This document shows, piece by piece, positions 38,016-46,727 of a stretch of 64,000 nt of DNA. The position numbers were made by a program, and so were the translations under genes. Each line of letters starts with the position of its first letter. The stretch's first letter is position 1. The notes under the pieces are model-generated. The model worked only from the letters and a program-made list of their open reading frames with translations. It was not told the origin of the DNA and did no database searches. Source of the DNA: Dehalococcoidales bacterium (GTDB lineage Bacteria > Chloroflexota > Dehalococcoidia > Dehalococcoidales > RBG-16-60-22); the NCBI GenBank assembly GCA_050014355.1, contig JBEKDL010000002.1, positions 2,503 through 66,502 of the forward strand. The letters are read 5' to 3'.

Positions 38016-39050
38016 ATGGCAATGCCAAGACAGGAGTTCGCCAAAGACGACTATTTCAAGATAGATGTCGAATGCCATCTTAGCGGTGATCAAAAAAAAT
38101 ACTTCGATTATTTCCCGGCCTATAAACAATGGGTGTACGGTACTGCTGAAACTGCCCGTGCTTTCGGAGCTGTTCCTCACCATGCCACCAAAGACTGGAA
38201 AGATAAATTGGAGACTAAACCTGTCAAAGGGGATATGACCGAAGATGAACAGCTGATAGTTTACCTGGACCGCTATGGTGTAGATATGGCCTGTGTTCTT
38301 CCCGAGTCCATGATGGAAACAACGGGCTATTCCACCAAATGGTCTACAAACGGCTATCTACTGGCTGCCGCGGAAAAGTACCCGGATAGATTCATCGTAC
38401 AGCCCAACTTGGGGCCCTTTATCAAGAGAGGTATGAAAGATGTCCTCTGGGAGCTCGATTATCTTGCCCAGGAAAGAGGCTGCAAGATATTCAAGTTCTA
38501 TCCGCCGGAAGATACCTACATCAACGATGAGAGGATATGGCCTTTCTACAAAAGATGCAACGAACTGGGAGTAGTGGTTTCTATCCACACCGGCTGGAGC
38601 TGGTGCCCCCCGGGCAAGGCCAAATATTGCCTGCCGGTCCTGCTGGATGACGTCGTTAATGATTTCTATGACCTGAATATCATCGCGTTCCATGCCGGCT
38701 GGCCGCTTTGCCATGACCTGAACATGGTAGCCCTGTCTCATCCCAAAGTTTACATCAGCTTTAGCCTGATTATGCCCTGGTATAATAAGGCACCCAGGCG
38801 GTTAGCCGAAATCATTGGTGAAGCTATCCAGTTCGCCGGTCCGGAACGTATCGTCTGGGGAACCGATTTCTACGGCCCCGGCGGACTGTTCAGGGAAGCG
38901 GTACTGGGCCTTAGAACCTTCCAAATGCCGGAAGACCTGCAGAAGGACTACGGCTTCGCCCCGGTAACCGATGAAGTCAAACGCGGGATCTTCGGCACAA
39001 ATCTTGCCAAACTGCTTAATGTTGATACTACGAAAAGACGCGCAAAATAA
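38016..39050 (+). CDS. Amidohydrolase-2 (PF04909-like) metal-dependent hydrolase/decarboxylase family protein
   Basis: 344 aa with a TIM-barrel amidohydrolase pattern: VSIHTG, IIAFHAGWP and IVWGTDF. Confidence 0.75.
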   Translation: MAMPRQEFAKDDYFKIDVECHLSGDQKKYFDYFPAYKQWVYGTAETARAFGAVPHHATKDWKDKLETKPVKGDMTEDEQLIVYLDRYGVDMACVLPESMMETTGYSTKWSTNGYLLAAAEKYPDRFIVQPNLGPFIKRGMKDVLWELDYLAQERGCKIFKFYPPEDTYINDERIWPFYKRCNELGVVVSIHTGWSWCPPGKAKYCLPVLLDDVVNDFYDLNIIAFHAGWPLCHDLNMVALSHPKVYISFSLIMPWYNKAPRRLAEIIGEAIQFAGPERIVWGTDFYGPGGLFREAVLGLRTFQMPEDLQKDYGFAPVTDEVKRGIFGTNLAKLLNVDTTKRRAK

Positions 39051-39072
39051 ATAAAAAAGGAAAGGAGAAATA

Positions 39073-41775
39073 ATGTCTGAATTGTTCCCTATATTATTCT
39101 CGCCAATCAAACTGGGGCCGCTGGAGATTAAGAACAGAATCGGCGGTTCCTGCACCACCACCGGCGGCGCCGACCAGAACGGGTACATCAGAGAAGAGTG
39201 TATCTACTCTTACGCCGGCCGTTCCGAAGGTGGCGCCGGTTTCATCACCATCGAATGTACGTTTGCTACTGACTGGGGCGCGAAGACCACCAGCTTCGGT
39301 AACCCGCGTATCAGTGGCCGCTCCTACTACGAGGGCCAGTCCAACCTCGCCGAGGGCATCAAGCAGTGCGGCGCCAAGGCCTTCATCCAGATTACCCCCA
39401 GCTTCGGCAGGCAGGGCTCGAGCAAGACTTCCGGTGAAGTTCCGGGAGCGCCTTCAGCCATACCTTCCGAGAGACCGCAGGACTATGAGCTAAGAATCAT
39501 GCCCCGCGGCTACGAGACCAAGGCCCAGACGTTGGGCGCCACCACCCCTCCCAAAGTGCTGACCCTTGATGAGATTCATTACATGGAAAGGACCTTCCCG
39601 GATGCCGTCGCCGCCGCGCGTATTTGCGGCTATGACGCCGTCGAGTTCCACAGCCCGCACGGCTACCTCATCCACCAGTTCCTTTCGCCGCGCTCAAACC
39701 AGCGCACCGATGAATACGGCGGCTCGCTGGAGAACCGTTTCCGCTTCCTGAAAAACCTCCTGATAGCCTCCAGGAAGAGGGTCGGGCCGGACTTCTGCCT
39801 CGGTATCCGCTTGAGCGGTGACGAACATATGCCCGGCGCTATCCACGAAGAAGAGCTAATACAGGTCGCCAAGTGGTGCCAGGACCTGGGCGCCAGCTAC
39901 ATCCACCTCTCCGATGGCTCCTACGAAGCCCGGCACTATTTCTTCCCCCAGGACTCGCATGACTTTATCGAGCACGCCAAGCACTTTAAACCGGAACTCA
40001 AGATACCCTTGATTGTCCCCGGCCAGCATGACCCCTACCTCGCCGAGGAAGTCCTGCGCAACGGCTGGGCGGACGCCATCACCATGGGCCGCCAGCTCGT
40101 CGCCGACCAGCGCACCCCGCGTAAGTGGGAAGAAGGCCGCATCGACGAGATCACCCGCTGTCTGCGCTGCAACGTCTGCCTCGCCCGGTTCAACCGCGGC
40201 CTGGCTATCCGCTGCGCCGTGAACCCCAACATCGGCCGTGAAAAATACGACCCGAAGTACAACTCCTCCGCTAACGTTCAGGCCCTGCGGCCGCTGCCCG
40301 ATTCCTTCATGCCGCCGTGCCAGAACACCTGCCCCGCCGGCCTGGACATCAACGCTTACGTGCTGATGACCTCCCGCGGCCAGCTGGAGGAATCTTACAG
40401 GTATATTAAGCAGTACATTCCGTTCCCCGGCGTCATCGGGCGCGTTTGCCCGCACCCCTGCGAGGCGGAATGCAACCGAGGTAAGCTGGATGACCCCATC
40501 GGCATCAATAACATCAAGCGCTTCGTCTCCGACTACGTGATGGAAAAAGGTCTGGAGGGCAAGTACGCTTATATTAAGCCCCAGGCCCTGCCCGAGAAGC
40601 TGCCCATCACGAAGAAAGAAAAAGTTGCTGTGATTGGTGCCGGCCCCGCCGGCCTGACCGCCGCCTACTTCCTCATCAAAAAAGGCTATGCCGTCACCGT
40701 CTTCGAGGCGGAAGCTACCGCCGGCGGCATGATGACCTTCGGCGTACCCGAGCACCGGCTGCCCCGCAACGTCGTGAAGTGGGAAATCGATGCCCTCAAG
40801 AAAATGGGCATTGAAATCAAGACCAGCAGCGCTGTGGGCAACCCTGAAGACCTTAAAAAGAAAGGTTACAACGCCATTTTCGTGGCCGTAGGCTCGCATA
40901 ACAGCGCCAAGCTGAATGTGCCGGGCGAGGATTCCACCGGCGTTCTCCAGGCGCTTTCTTTCCTGAAAGACGTCAACTCCGGCAAGAAGGTTGCTGTAGG
41001 TAAAAATGTCGTCGTCGTCGGCGGCGGCAGTGTCGCCATCGACGTCGCCACCTGCGCCCGGCGTCTCGGCGCCGATGATGTCACCGTCACCTGTCTTGAG
41101 TGCAGTTACGATGAAATGCCCGCCCAGAACGAGGAAATCGAGCAAGCCATCGAAGAGGGCATTAAGGTAGATATGAGCTGGGGCCCCAAGCAGATTCTCA
41201 CCAGCGCCGGCAAGGTCAAGGGCGTCGAGCTTAAGCGCTGCACCACCTGCTATGATAAAGCCGGCAAGTTCGCCCCGGTCTACGACGAGAAAGAGACCAA
41301 GAAAATCGATGCCGATATGGTCATCACTGCCATTGGCCAGAGGGTCGATCTCTCCTTCATGCCTGGTAGCAAAGTCAAGGTTACCAAGAGGGGCACCATC
41401 GAGACCGCCGACCGCAGCCTGGCGACGAATGTCGCGGGCATTTTTGCCGGCGGCGATGTCGCCCGCGGACAGGGCACGATGATTGAGGCCATGGCTGATG
41501 GCCGCAAAGCCGCCGTCGCTATCGATTGCTACCTGCGCGGTGTCGAGCTCCCGCCTCCTCCGCCTCCGGTCATCCTGGCGGATGTCACCGAGCCGGCCTT
41601 CCAGTTCCATCTGCGGGAATACACCAAGGAAGTGCGCAACAAGGCGGAAGCTACCCCGGCCGCCAAGCGGAAGGACAACTTTATGGAGGTCAACCTCGGT
41701 TTTGCGGACAAGGAGACCTGCGTTAAAGAGGCCAGGCGCTGCCTGACCTGCCGCTGCACCGCTGTCAGATACTAA
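39073..41775 (+). CDS. Old-yellow-enzyme (FMN) / [4Fe-4S] domain fused to a complete GltD-like FeS-FAD-NAD(P)H module
   Basis: 900 aa. The OYE motif is HSPHGYLIHQFLSPRSNQRTDEYGGSLENRFRF, and the FadH-type cluster is CLRCNVC...RCAVNP. GltD-type cluster motifs are PPCQNTCPAG and GRVCPHPCEAEC. The dinucleotide folds are VAVIGAGPAGLTAA and VVVVGGGSVAIDVA. Confidence 0.8.
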   Translation: MSELFPILFSPIKLGPLEIKNRIGGSCTTTGGADQNGYIREECIYSYAGRSEGGAGFITIECTFATDWGAKTTSFGNPRISGRSYYEGQSNLAEGIKQCGAKAFIQITPSFGRQGSSKTSGEVPGAPSAIPSERPQDYELRIMPRGYETKAQTLGATTPPKVLTLDEIHYMERTFPDAVAAARICGYDAVEFHSPHGYLIHQFLSPRSNQRTDEYGGSLENRFRFLKNLLIASRKRVGPDFCLGIRLSGDEHMPGAIHEEELIQVAKWCQDLGASYIHLSDGSYEARHYFFPQDSHDFIEHAKHFKPELKIPLIVPGQHDPYLAEEVLRNGWADAITMGRQLVADQRTPRKWEEGRIDEITRCLRCNVCLARFNRGLAIRCAVNPNIGREKYDPKYNSSANVQALRPLPDSFMPPCQNTCPAGLDINAYVLMTSRGQLEESYRYIKQYIPFPGVIGRVCPHPCEAECNRGKLDDPIGINNIKRFVSDYVMEKGLEGKYAYIKPQALPEKLPITKKEKVAVIGAGPAGLTAAYFLIKKGYAVTVFEAEATAGGMMTFGVPEHRLPRNVVKWEIDALKKMGIEIKTSSAVGNPEDLKKKGYNAIFVAVGSHNSAKLNVPGEDSTGVLQALSFLKDVNSGKKVAVGKNVVVVGGGSVAIDVATCARRLGADDVTVTCLECSYDEMPAQNEEIEQAIEEGIKVDMSWGPKQILTSAGKVKGVELKRCTTCYDKAGKFAPVYDEKETKKIDADMVITAIGQRVDLSFMPGSKVKVTKRGTIETADRSLATNVAGIFAGGDVARGQGTMIEAMADGRKAAVAIDCYLRGVELPPPPPPVILADVTEPAFQFHLREYTKEVRNKAEATPAAKRKDNFMEVNLGFADKETCVKEARRCLTCRCTAVRY

Positions 41776-41805
41776 ACTCGTCACTATCCTGTAAGAGGGA
41801 TAATC

Positions 41806-41853
41806 GGGGAGGGGATGCGAGACACATTCTGTCTCCCCCTCCCCGAGGTTTTT
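41806..41853 (+). terminator. Intrinsic terminator after the OYE-GltD gene
   Basis: GGGGAGGGG (41806-14) pairs with CCCCTCCCC (41836-44), with an inner GAGACA/TGTCTC stem. It is followed by GAGGTTTTTG. Confidence 0.7.
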
Positions 41854-41860
41854 GTATACT

Positions 41861-41892
41861 GTCATTGCGAGGAGCGAAGCGACGTGGCAATC
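41861..41892. repeat. GTCATTGC...GCAATC hairpin-type element
   Basis: GTCATTGCGAGGAGCGAAGCGACGTGGCAATC has the same GTCATT...AATC frame as the element at 193-217. Confidence 0.4.
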
Positions 41893-41960
41893 TTATCTAT
41901 TGGCGCCGCTTATGGTGAGGTTGTCGAAATATAGCGGTTTCCGTTGTCTGCACAACCATC

Positions 41961-41983
41961 CTCTCCCTTTCATAAAGGGAGAG
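41961..41983. repeat. Perfect 10-bp hairpin CTCTCCCTTT-cat-AAAGGGAGAG just upstream of the CoA-transferase RBS
   Basis: Read directly. It is followed by TGAGAGAGGGATTTTTT, and GAGAGAGGG could alternatively pair with the left arm. Confidence 0.5.
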
Positions 41984-42015
41984 TGAGAGAGGGATTTTTT
42001 AATAAGAGGTGCATT

Positions 42016-43341
42016 ATGAGTTGGCAAGAGGAATACAAGAAAAAGCTGGTCACTGCAGAAGAAGCCGTCAGCCACATCAAGTCCGGTGACCGGGTCTGCT
42101 TCGTGCAGGGGAACGAGCCCCAGGCGCTGGGCCTGGCCCTGGCCGGGCGGCTGGGAGAGGTGGAAAACGTGCTGCTCTCCCTGCGCACGCCGGGCCGGGA
42201 CTTCGGCTGGTACGACCCCGTCTTCGAGATGTCTTTTAAAATAGAGGTGGGCTTCCCGCTGCCCATCGTCCGCCAGATAATCGCCGAGAGACGGGCCGAT
42301 TTAGCCATCGGCGGCCTGGGCTTTATCTTTATCGAGGAAGAGCGCGGCCCGGCGGACGTTGTTATGGTCGAGCTATCGCCGCCCGACGAGCACGGCTACT
42401 GCAGCTTCGGCGCTTCCGTCTGGACGAAAAAGTCGGAAGTCCGCAACGCCAAGATAGCCATGGCCGAGGTCAACAAAAACCTCATCCGCACCTACGGCGA
42501 TAACTTCATCCATGTCTCGGAGATTGACTACTTTGTCGAGCACACACCCTCCGGCAAGCAGCCCGGCGGCACCGACCTGCTGGGCCGCAAAAACGTCGAG
42601 GCCGGCGAAGCGGAAAAGACCATCGCCGGCTATGTCTCCACCCTCGTCAGGGACGGCGACACGCTGCAGGTCGGCGTGGGCTCCACCAGCGAGTGGTGCT
42701 GCACTCTCGGCACCTTCGAGAACAAGGTTGATCTGGGCTGGCATTCCGAGACCACGCCCCGGGGCATTATCCCGCTGATTCGCAGGGGCATCATTAATGG
42801 TAAACGCAAGAACTTTAACACCCATAAAGCCATCGCGACGGCCTGCGGCGGCGGCTCCAAAGAAGACATGGACTTCGTGACCATGAATCCGGCCTTCGAG
42901 CTGCACAGCGCCGAATACTGCCTCGATGTGCGCAACATAGCGCTGAACGATAACATGGTGGCCATCAACAGCGCCGTCAGCGTGGACTTCGCCGGGCAGA
43001 TTGCCGCCGAGTCCATCGGCCCCCGCGTTATCAGCGGCGCCGGCGGGCAGACTTCCTTTGCCATCGGTGCTTTCCTTTCTAAAGGCGGCCGCAGCATTAC
43101 GGTGCTGACTTCCACCGCCGGCAGCGGCGATAAAAGGTTATCGCGTATCACGCCCATGTTGGCCGAAGGGACAATTGTCACCGTGCCGCGTACCATCAGC
43201 GATTACGTCATCACCGAGTACGGCATCGCCCACCTCAAGGGTAAGACGCAGCGCCAGCGCGCTTTAGCGCTTATTGATATCGCCCACCCGGACTTCCGCG
43301 CTGACCTCAAGAAAGAGGCGGATAAGCTGTACTGGCCGTGA
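42016..43341 (+). CDS. Acetyl-CoA hydrolase/transferase family protein (4-hydroxybutyrate CoA-transferase-like)
   Basis: The ORF track gives 41944-43341; ATG 42016 (MSWQEEYKKKLVTAEEAVSHIKSGDRV) with an AAGAGG RBS is preferred. The layout is typical of family I CoA-transferases. Confidence 0.85.
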   Translation: MSWQEEYKKKLVTAEEAVSHIKSGDRVCFVQGNEPQALGLALAGRLGEVENVLLSLRTPGRDFGWYDPVFEMSFKIEVGFPLPIVRQIIAERRADLAIGGLGFIFIEEERGPADVVMVELSPPDEHGYCSFGASVWTKKSEVRNAKIAMAEVNKNLIRTYGDNFIHVSEIDYFVEHTPSGKQPGGTDLLGRKNVEAGEAEKTIAGYVSTLVRDGDTLQVGVGSTSEWCCTLGTFENKVDLGWHSETTPRGIIPLIRRGIINGKRKNFNTHKAIATACGGGSKEDMDFVTMNPAFELHSAEYCLDVRNIALNDNMVAINSAVSVDFAGQIAAESIGPRVISGAGGQTSFAIGAFLSKGGRSITVLTSTAGSGDKRLSRITPMLAEGTIVTVPRTISDYVITEYGIAHLKGKTQRQRALALIDIAHPDFRADLKKEADKLYWP

Positions 43342-43354
43342 ACGAATAGTTACC

Positions 43355-43410
43355 TTTGAGTCATCGACCTCAAATAGAGCGGTGTATATTTCAGACGCCG
43401 CTCTATTATT
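43355..43410 (+). terminator. Two consecutive hairpins after the CoA-transferase gene
   Basis: The first is TTTGAG(G)TC...GACCTCAAA. The second is ATAGAGCGG (43374-82) paired with CCGCTCTAT (43398-406), followed by TATTT. Confidence 0.55.
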
Positions 43411-43433
43411 TAGATAATATATAATACAGACAT

Positions 43434-44654
43434 ATGAAGAAAAAACCTTTTGACTACGGCTATGTTGTGGTGGCGGCCTCTACCATAATCTTAATGGTAG
43501 GCTTCGGCACCTATTACAGCTATACCATTTTCTTCGATTCGCTTTCCGTTGAATTTAATTCGGCCAAAGGGGCCATTTCCGGAGCATTCTCGATAGCCGT
43601 GCTGGTATCCGGGTTAATCTCTATTATTGCCGGCAGGACCAGCGACCGTCTTGGGCCTAAAGTAGTAAGCATTTTCTGCGGCTCGGCGCTCGGCCTGGGG
43701 TTCCTGCTAATGTCACTGGTACATTCCGTATGGCAGGTCTACCTGCTTTACGGAATCTTCTTGGCTACCGGTGTCGGCGGTCTCTTCCCCGCCGCTGTAT
43801 CGACGGTGGCTAGGTGGTTTACCGGTAAACGCGGGATGATGATCGGCATCGTCACGGCGGGCCTCGGCCTCGGCTCTATTATCTTTTCGCCCCTTATCAG
43901 CCATTTTATATTGGCTTACGGCTGGCGCAAGGCGTACCTGATTATCGGAGTTATCGTACTGGGTGTTATTCTGTCAGCGTCCCAGCTTTTAAAGCGTGGA
44001 CCGGAGCCGACAGGTCTGGCTGCGGATATTAAAAAAGTAGCTCCGAAAATAACGACCCCTGATGCCAGAGATTTTACTTACCGGCAGGCCATCCGGACCA
44101 GGCAGTTCTGGATGCTGGCGGTAATGTACCTGTTGAGCGGGTACGGCCAGTTCAGCCTCATGGTACACATCGTGCCCTACGCTACCGGGCTCGGCATAAG
44201 CCCGATTTCCGCCGCCAGCATCCTTTCTGTAATCGGCGCGTCCAGCATCTTCGGCCGGGTAATAATCGGCGGTATCGGAGACAGGATGCGGGTCAAGCCG
44301 CTGCTTATTGCCATTTTAGCAACACTGTTCATATCGCTGGCCTGGCTGGAATTTGCCCGGAATCTCTGGGTACTTGTCGGCGTGGGCATTATTTTCGGCC
44401 TGGGTTACGGTGGCTCATCAACCCTGCAATCGCTGGTGGCTGTAGAGATGTTCGGTTTGAGTACCATGGGGGTAATGTTAGGTAACTTCATTTTCAGCAT
44501 CTGTATCGGTGGCTCGGTAGGCCCGGTATTGACCGGCGTTTTATACGATGTGTCGGATAGCTACCGGTTAGCGTTCTCGATATGCGCCATTACAGCATTT
44601 GCCTGCCTGGTGCTGGTCTTATGGCTGACCCCTCCGAAGAAGCCAATAAACTGA
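43434..44654 (+). CDS. MFS transporter (oxalate/formate-antiporter-like)
   Basis: 406 aa with about 12 TM segments and an MFS loop motif, GRTSDRLGPK. The subfamily guess is from memory. Confidence 0.75.
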   Translation: MKKKPFDYGYVVVAASTIILMVGFGTYYSYTIFFDSLSVEFNSAKGAISGAFSIAVLVSGLISIIAGRTSDRLGPKVVSIFCGSALGLGFLLMSLVHSVWQVYLLYGIFLATGVGGLFPAAVSTVARWFTGKRGMMIGIVTAGLGLGSIIFSPLISHFILAYGWRKAYLIIGVIVLGVILSASQLLKRGPEPTGLAADIKKVAPKITTPDARDFTYRQAIRTRQFWMLAVMYLLSGYGQFSLMVHIVPYATGLGISPISAASILSVIGASSIFGRVIIGGIGDRMRVKPLLIAILATLFISLAWLEFARNLWVLVGVGIIFGLGYGGSSTLQSLVAVEMFGLSTMGVMLGNFIFSICIGGSVGPVLTGVLYDVSDSYRLAFSICAITAFACLVLVLWLTPPKKPIN

Positions 44655-44790
44655 CTTTGTCAATACCTTTCAGATCAAGAGCCCTCTTATTTTGTGATTC
44701 GTATAAATTATTGTAAAAGCATTTTACTTTACCTATAATATAACCGCTCATTAGCGTTTCTCCCGTTTGAACTGTGAAGGAGGGTTAGTC

Positions 44791-45840
44791 ATGACCAGCT
44801 GGCACGAATATCTCAAGAAAGAAGGCCATCCCCCCGCCTGGCCCTACCCTGTCAACTATGAAAAAGAGCAGGAAATCGAGACGGATGTGCTGGTGCTGGG
44901 CGGCGGTATCGCGGGGTGCTGGGCGGCCATCAGCGCGGCCAGGAAAGGCGTCAGGGTGGCTCTGGTGGAAAAGTCGGCCACGATAAGAAGTGGTGCTGGC
45001 GGGCCGGGCGTCGACCACTGGAACGACTGCTGCAATAATCCGCTCTCTAAGGTTAACGCCGATGAATGGGCACAGAAAATGGCGAGTAGCAATGGCGGCT
45101 ATACCTGCGGCATTGCCCGCCAGATTCAATGCCGTGAGAACTACGATACGCTCCTGGAGCTGGAGAAAATGGGCGGTAAAATTAGGGACTCCGAAGACAA
45201 GTACAGGGGTGCCGAGGGGCGCGATGACAAGACCAAATTCATGATTTCACCGCGCTATAACTACAACCACGAGACGAACACCGTTATCCGTGTGTGGGGC
45301 TCGACGTTCAAGCCGGCCCTGCGTAAAGAAGCCCTGCGCCTGGGAGTCAAAATCTACGACCGCGTCATGGCCACCAGCCTGCTGAATGAAGGCGGCGTCC
45401 CGGGGGCGCGCGTTGTCGGCGCGACCGGCCTGAACAACCGCACCGGCGAGTTCATGGTTTTCAAGTCGAAAGCGACCATCCTCTGCATGGCCGGGCCGGG
45501 CTCTATCTGGGTCTTTAACACTGAAATGGCCGGCATCACCACCTTCAGGTCGCGCGCTATGTCTGGCGATGGTCATGTCATGGCCTACCGGGCCGGAGCG
45601 GAACTGACCATGATGGAAAAGACCGGTACGCTGAACCTGGGGACGGGTTTCAAGCATAACTGGTACGGCGGCGCCGGAGATGCCAGCTATGAGAACGTCC
45701 GCATCATCGATGCCAACGGGAAAGTGCTCCCCGTGCCATATGAAGGGTGGGGTTCCAGCCTCGGCCAGATAGCGCGCGGCGGCGGCCCGGCGCGGTCGCC
45801 GTGGGAAGTCGTGCGCGAGGGTGTTCTCAAAGGGGAGTAA
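44791..45840 (+). CDS. AprA/fumarate-reductase-like FAD flavoprotein, N-terminal part (ends at an in-frame TAA)
   Basis: ATG 44791 with a GAAGGAGGG RBS, and the FAD fold DVLVLGGGIAGCWAA. It terminates at TAA 45838-40, and the same frame continues as the next ORF. Confidence 0.7.
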   Translation: MTSWHEYLKKEGHPPAWPYPVNYEKEQEIETDVLVLGGGIAGCWAAISAARKGVRVALVEKSATIRSGAGGPGVDHWNDCCNNPLSKVNADEWAQKMASSNGGYTCGIARQIQCRENYDTLLELEKMGGKIRDSEDKYRGAEGRDDKTKFMISPRYNYNHETNTVIRVWGSTFKPALRKEALRLGVKIYDRVMATSLLNEGGVPGARVVGATGLNNRTGEFMVFKSKATILCMAGPGSIWVFNTEMAGITTFRSRAMSGDGHVMAYRAGAELTMMEKTGTLNLGTGFKHNWYGGAGDASYENVRIIDANGKVLPVPYEGWGSSLGQIARGGGPARSPWEVVREGVLKGE

Positions 45841-45843
45841 GCA

Positions 45844-46716
45844 TTGCCGTTCTACGGCGATTTCCCGGCCATGCCGGACGTTGAAAGGAGAATTACCTGG
45901 GGGCTGATGATTGGAGAGGAAGCTATCACCCGCATCATCGTCGATACTTATAATGCCGCCGGGTTCGACCCCGCTAAAGACCAGCTCCAGAACTACCAGC
46001 TCATCGAAGGGCGCAGCCTGCCCCAATGGCGCTCGGTGGATGGTGCTGGTGCGCGGGGCGGTATCCTCACCGATGACTGGAATATGAAGACCACACTGGA
46101 CGGCCTTTACGCCACCGGCGACCAGCTTCCCGCCTCCGGCGACCACAACCTGGCCGCGACGACGGGGCGGTACAGCGGACGGAAAGCGGCGGACTATGCC
46201 CGGCAAATCGGGCCAGGGGCGGTTTCTAAAGAGCAGGTCGCGGTAGAAAAGGCCAGGGTCTATGCCCCCATCAATAATAGTGAAGGAATCGACTGGAAAG
46301 AGCTGCATTTCGGTGTTTCCAAAGCGATGCAGTTCTTCTGCTCCGAATATAAAACAGAATCGCTGTTTAACGAGGGGCTGGACACGCTCCAGGAAATCGA
46401 GGAAAAATATGTGCCCAGGCTATTCGCCCTCGACCCGCATCAACTCATGTGCAGCCTGGAGAGCTTAAGCGCGCTCGCCTGCGCGCAAATGATTATCCAG
46501 GCTTCGCTAGCGCGTCCGGCCAGCAGCAGGTACCTGGACTTCCACCGGATAGACTACCCGCAACTCGACCCGCTGGAATGGAACAAGTTCCTCACGCTTA
46601 AGCTGGAAAACGGCAAAGTCAAAATAGGCGAGCGCCCGCTCGGTTACTGGGGCAACATGAAAGATAACTACGAGGCCCACAATAAGGATTATACGGGCGT
46701 TTACGAGGGGAAATAA
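45844..46716 (+). CDS. AprA-like flavoprotein, C-terminal part (same frame as 44791-45840)
   Basis: A TTG start lies 3 nt after the TAA, with a GGGGAG RBS-like motif 6 nt upstream. GLYATGD and the capping/helical-domain sequence continue the flavoprotein. The two ORFs together span 642 codons. Confidence 0.7.
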   Translation: MPFYGDFPAMPDVERRITWGLMIGEEAITRIIVDTYNAAGFDPAKDQLQNYQLIEGRSLPQWRSVDGAGARGGILTDDWNMKTTLDGLYATGDQLPASGDHNLAATTGRYSGRKAADYARQIGPGAVSKEQVAVEKARVYAPINNSEGIDWKELHFGVSKAMQFFCSEYKTESLFNEGLDTLQEIEEKYVPRLFALDPHQLMCSLESLSALACAQMIIQASLARPASSRYLDFHRIDYPQLDPLEWNKFLTLKLENGKVKIGERPLGYWGNMKDNYEAHNKDYTGVYEGK

Positions 46717-46727
46717 GGAGGCTGCTC

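Noticed and set aside
39856-41865. 669-aa minus-strand ORF antisense to the OYE-GltD gene. Similar long antisense ORFs occur at 5705-6793, 45247-46308, 15401-16345, 31642-32664, 18738-19580, 20437-21168, 2115-2852 and 49425-50000.
   Set aside because: Their translations are low-complexity, Arg/Gly/Ala/Pro-rich and lack motifs. The opposite strand in each case encodes a protein with clear family signatures. This is the typical open antisense frame of GC-rich DNA.
45838-45840. Possibility that the in-frame stop in the AprA-like gene is a selenocysteine or a reassigned codon.
   Set aside because: The codon is TAA, not TGA. TAA, TAG and TGA all terminate well-supported genes elsewhere in the window, so there is no sign of an alternative genetic code.
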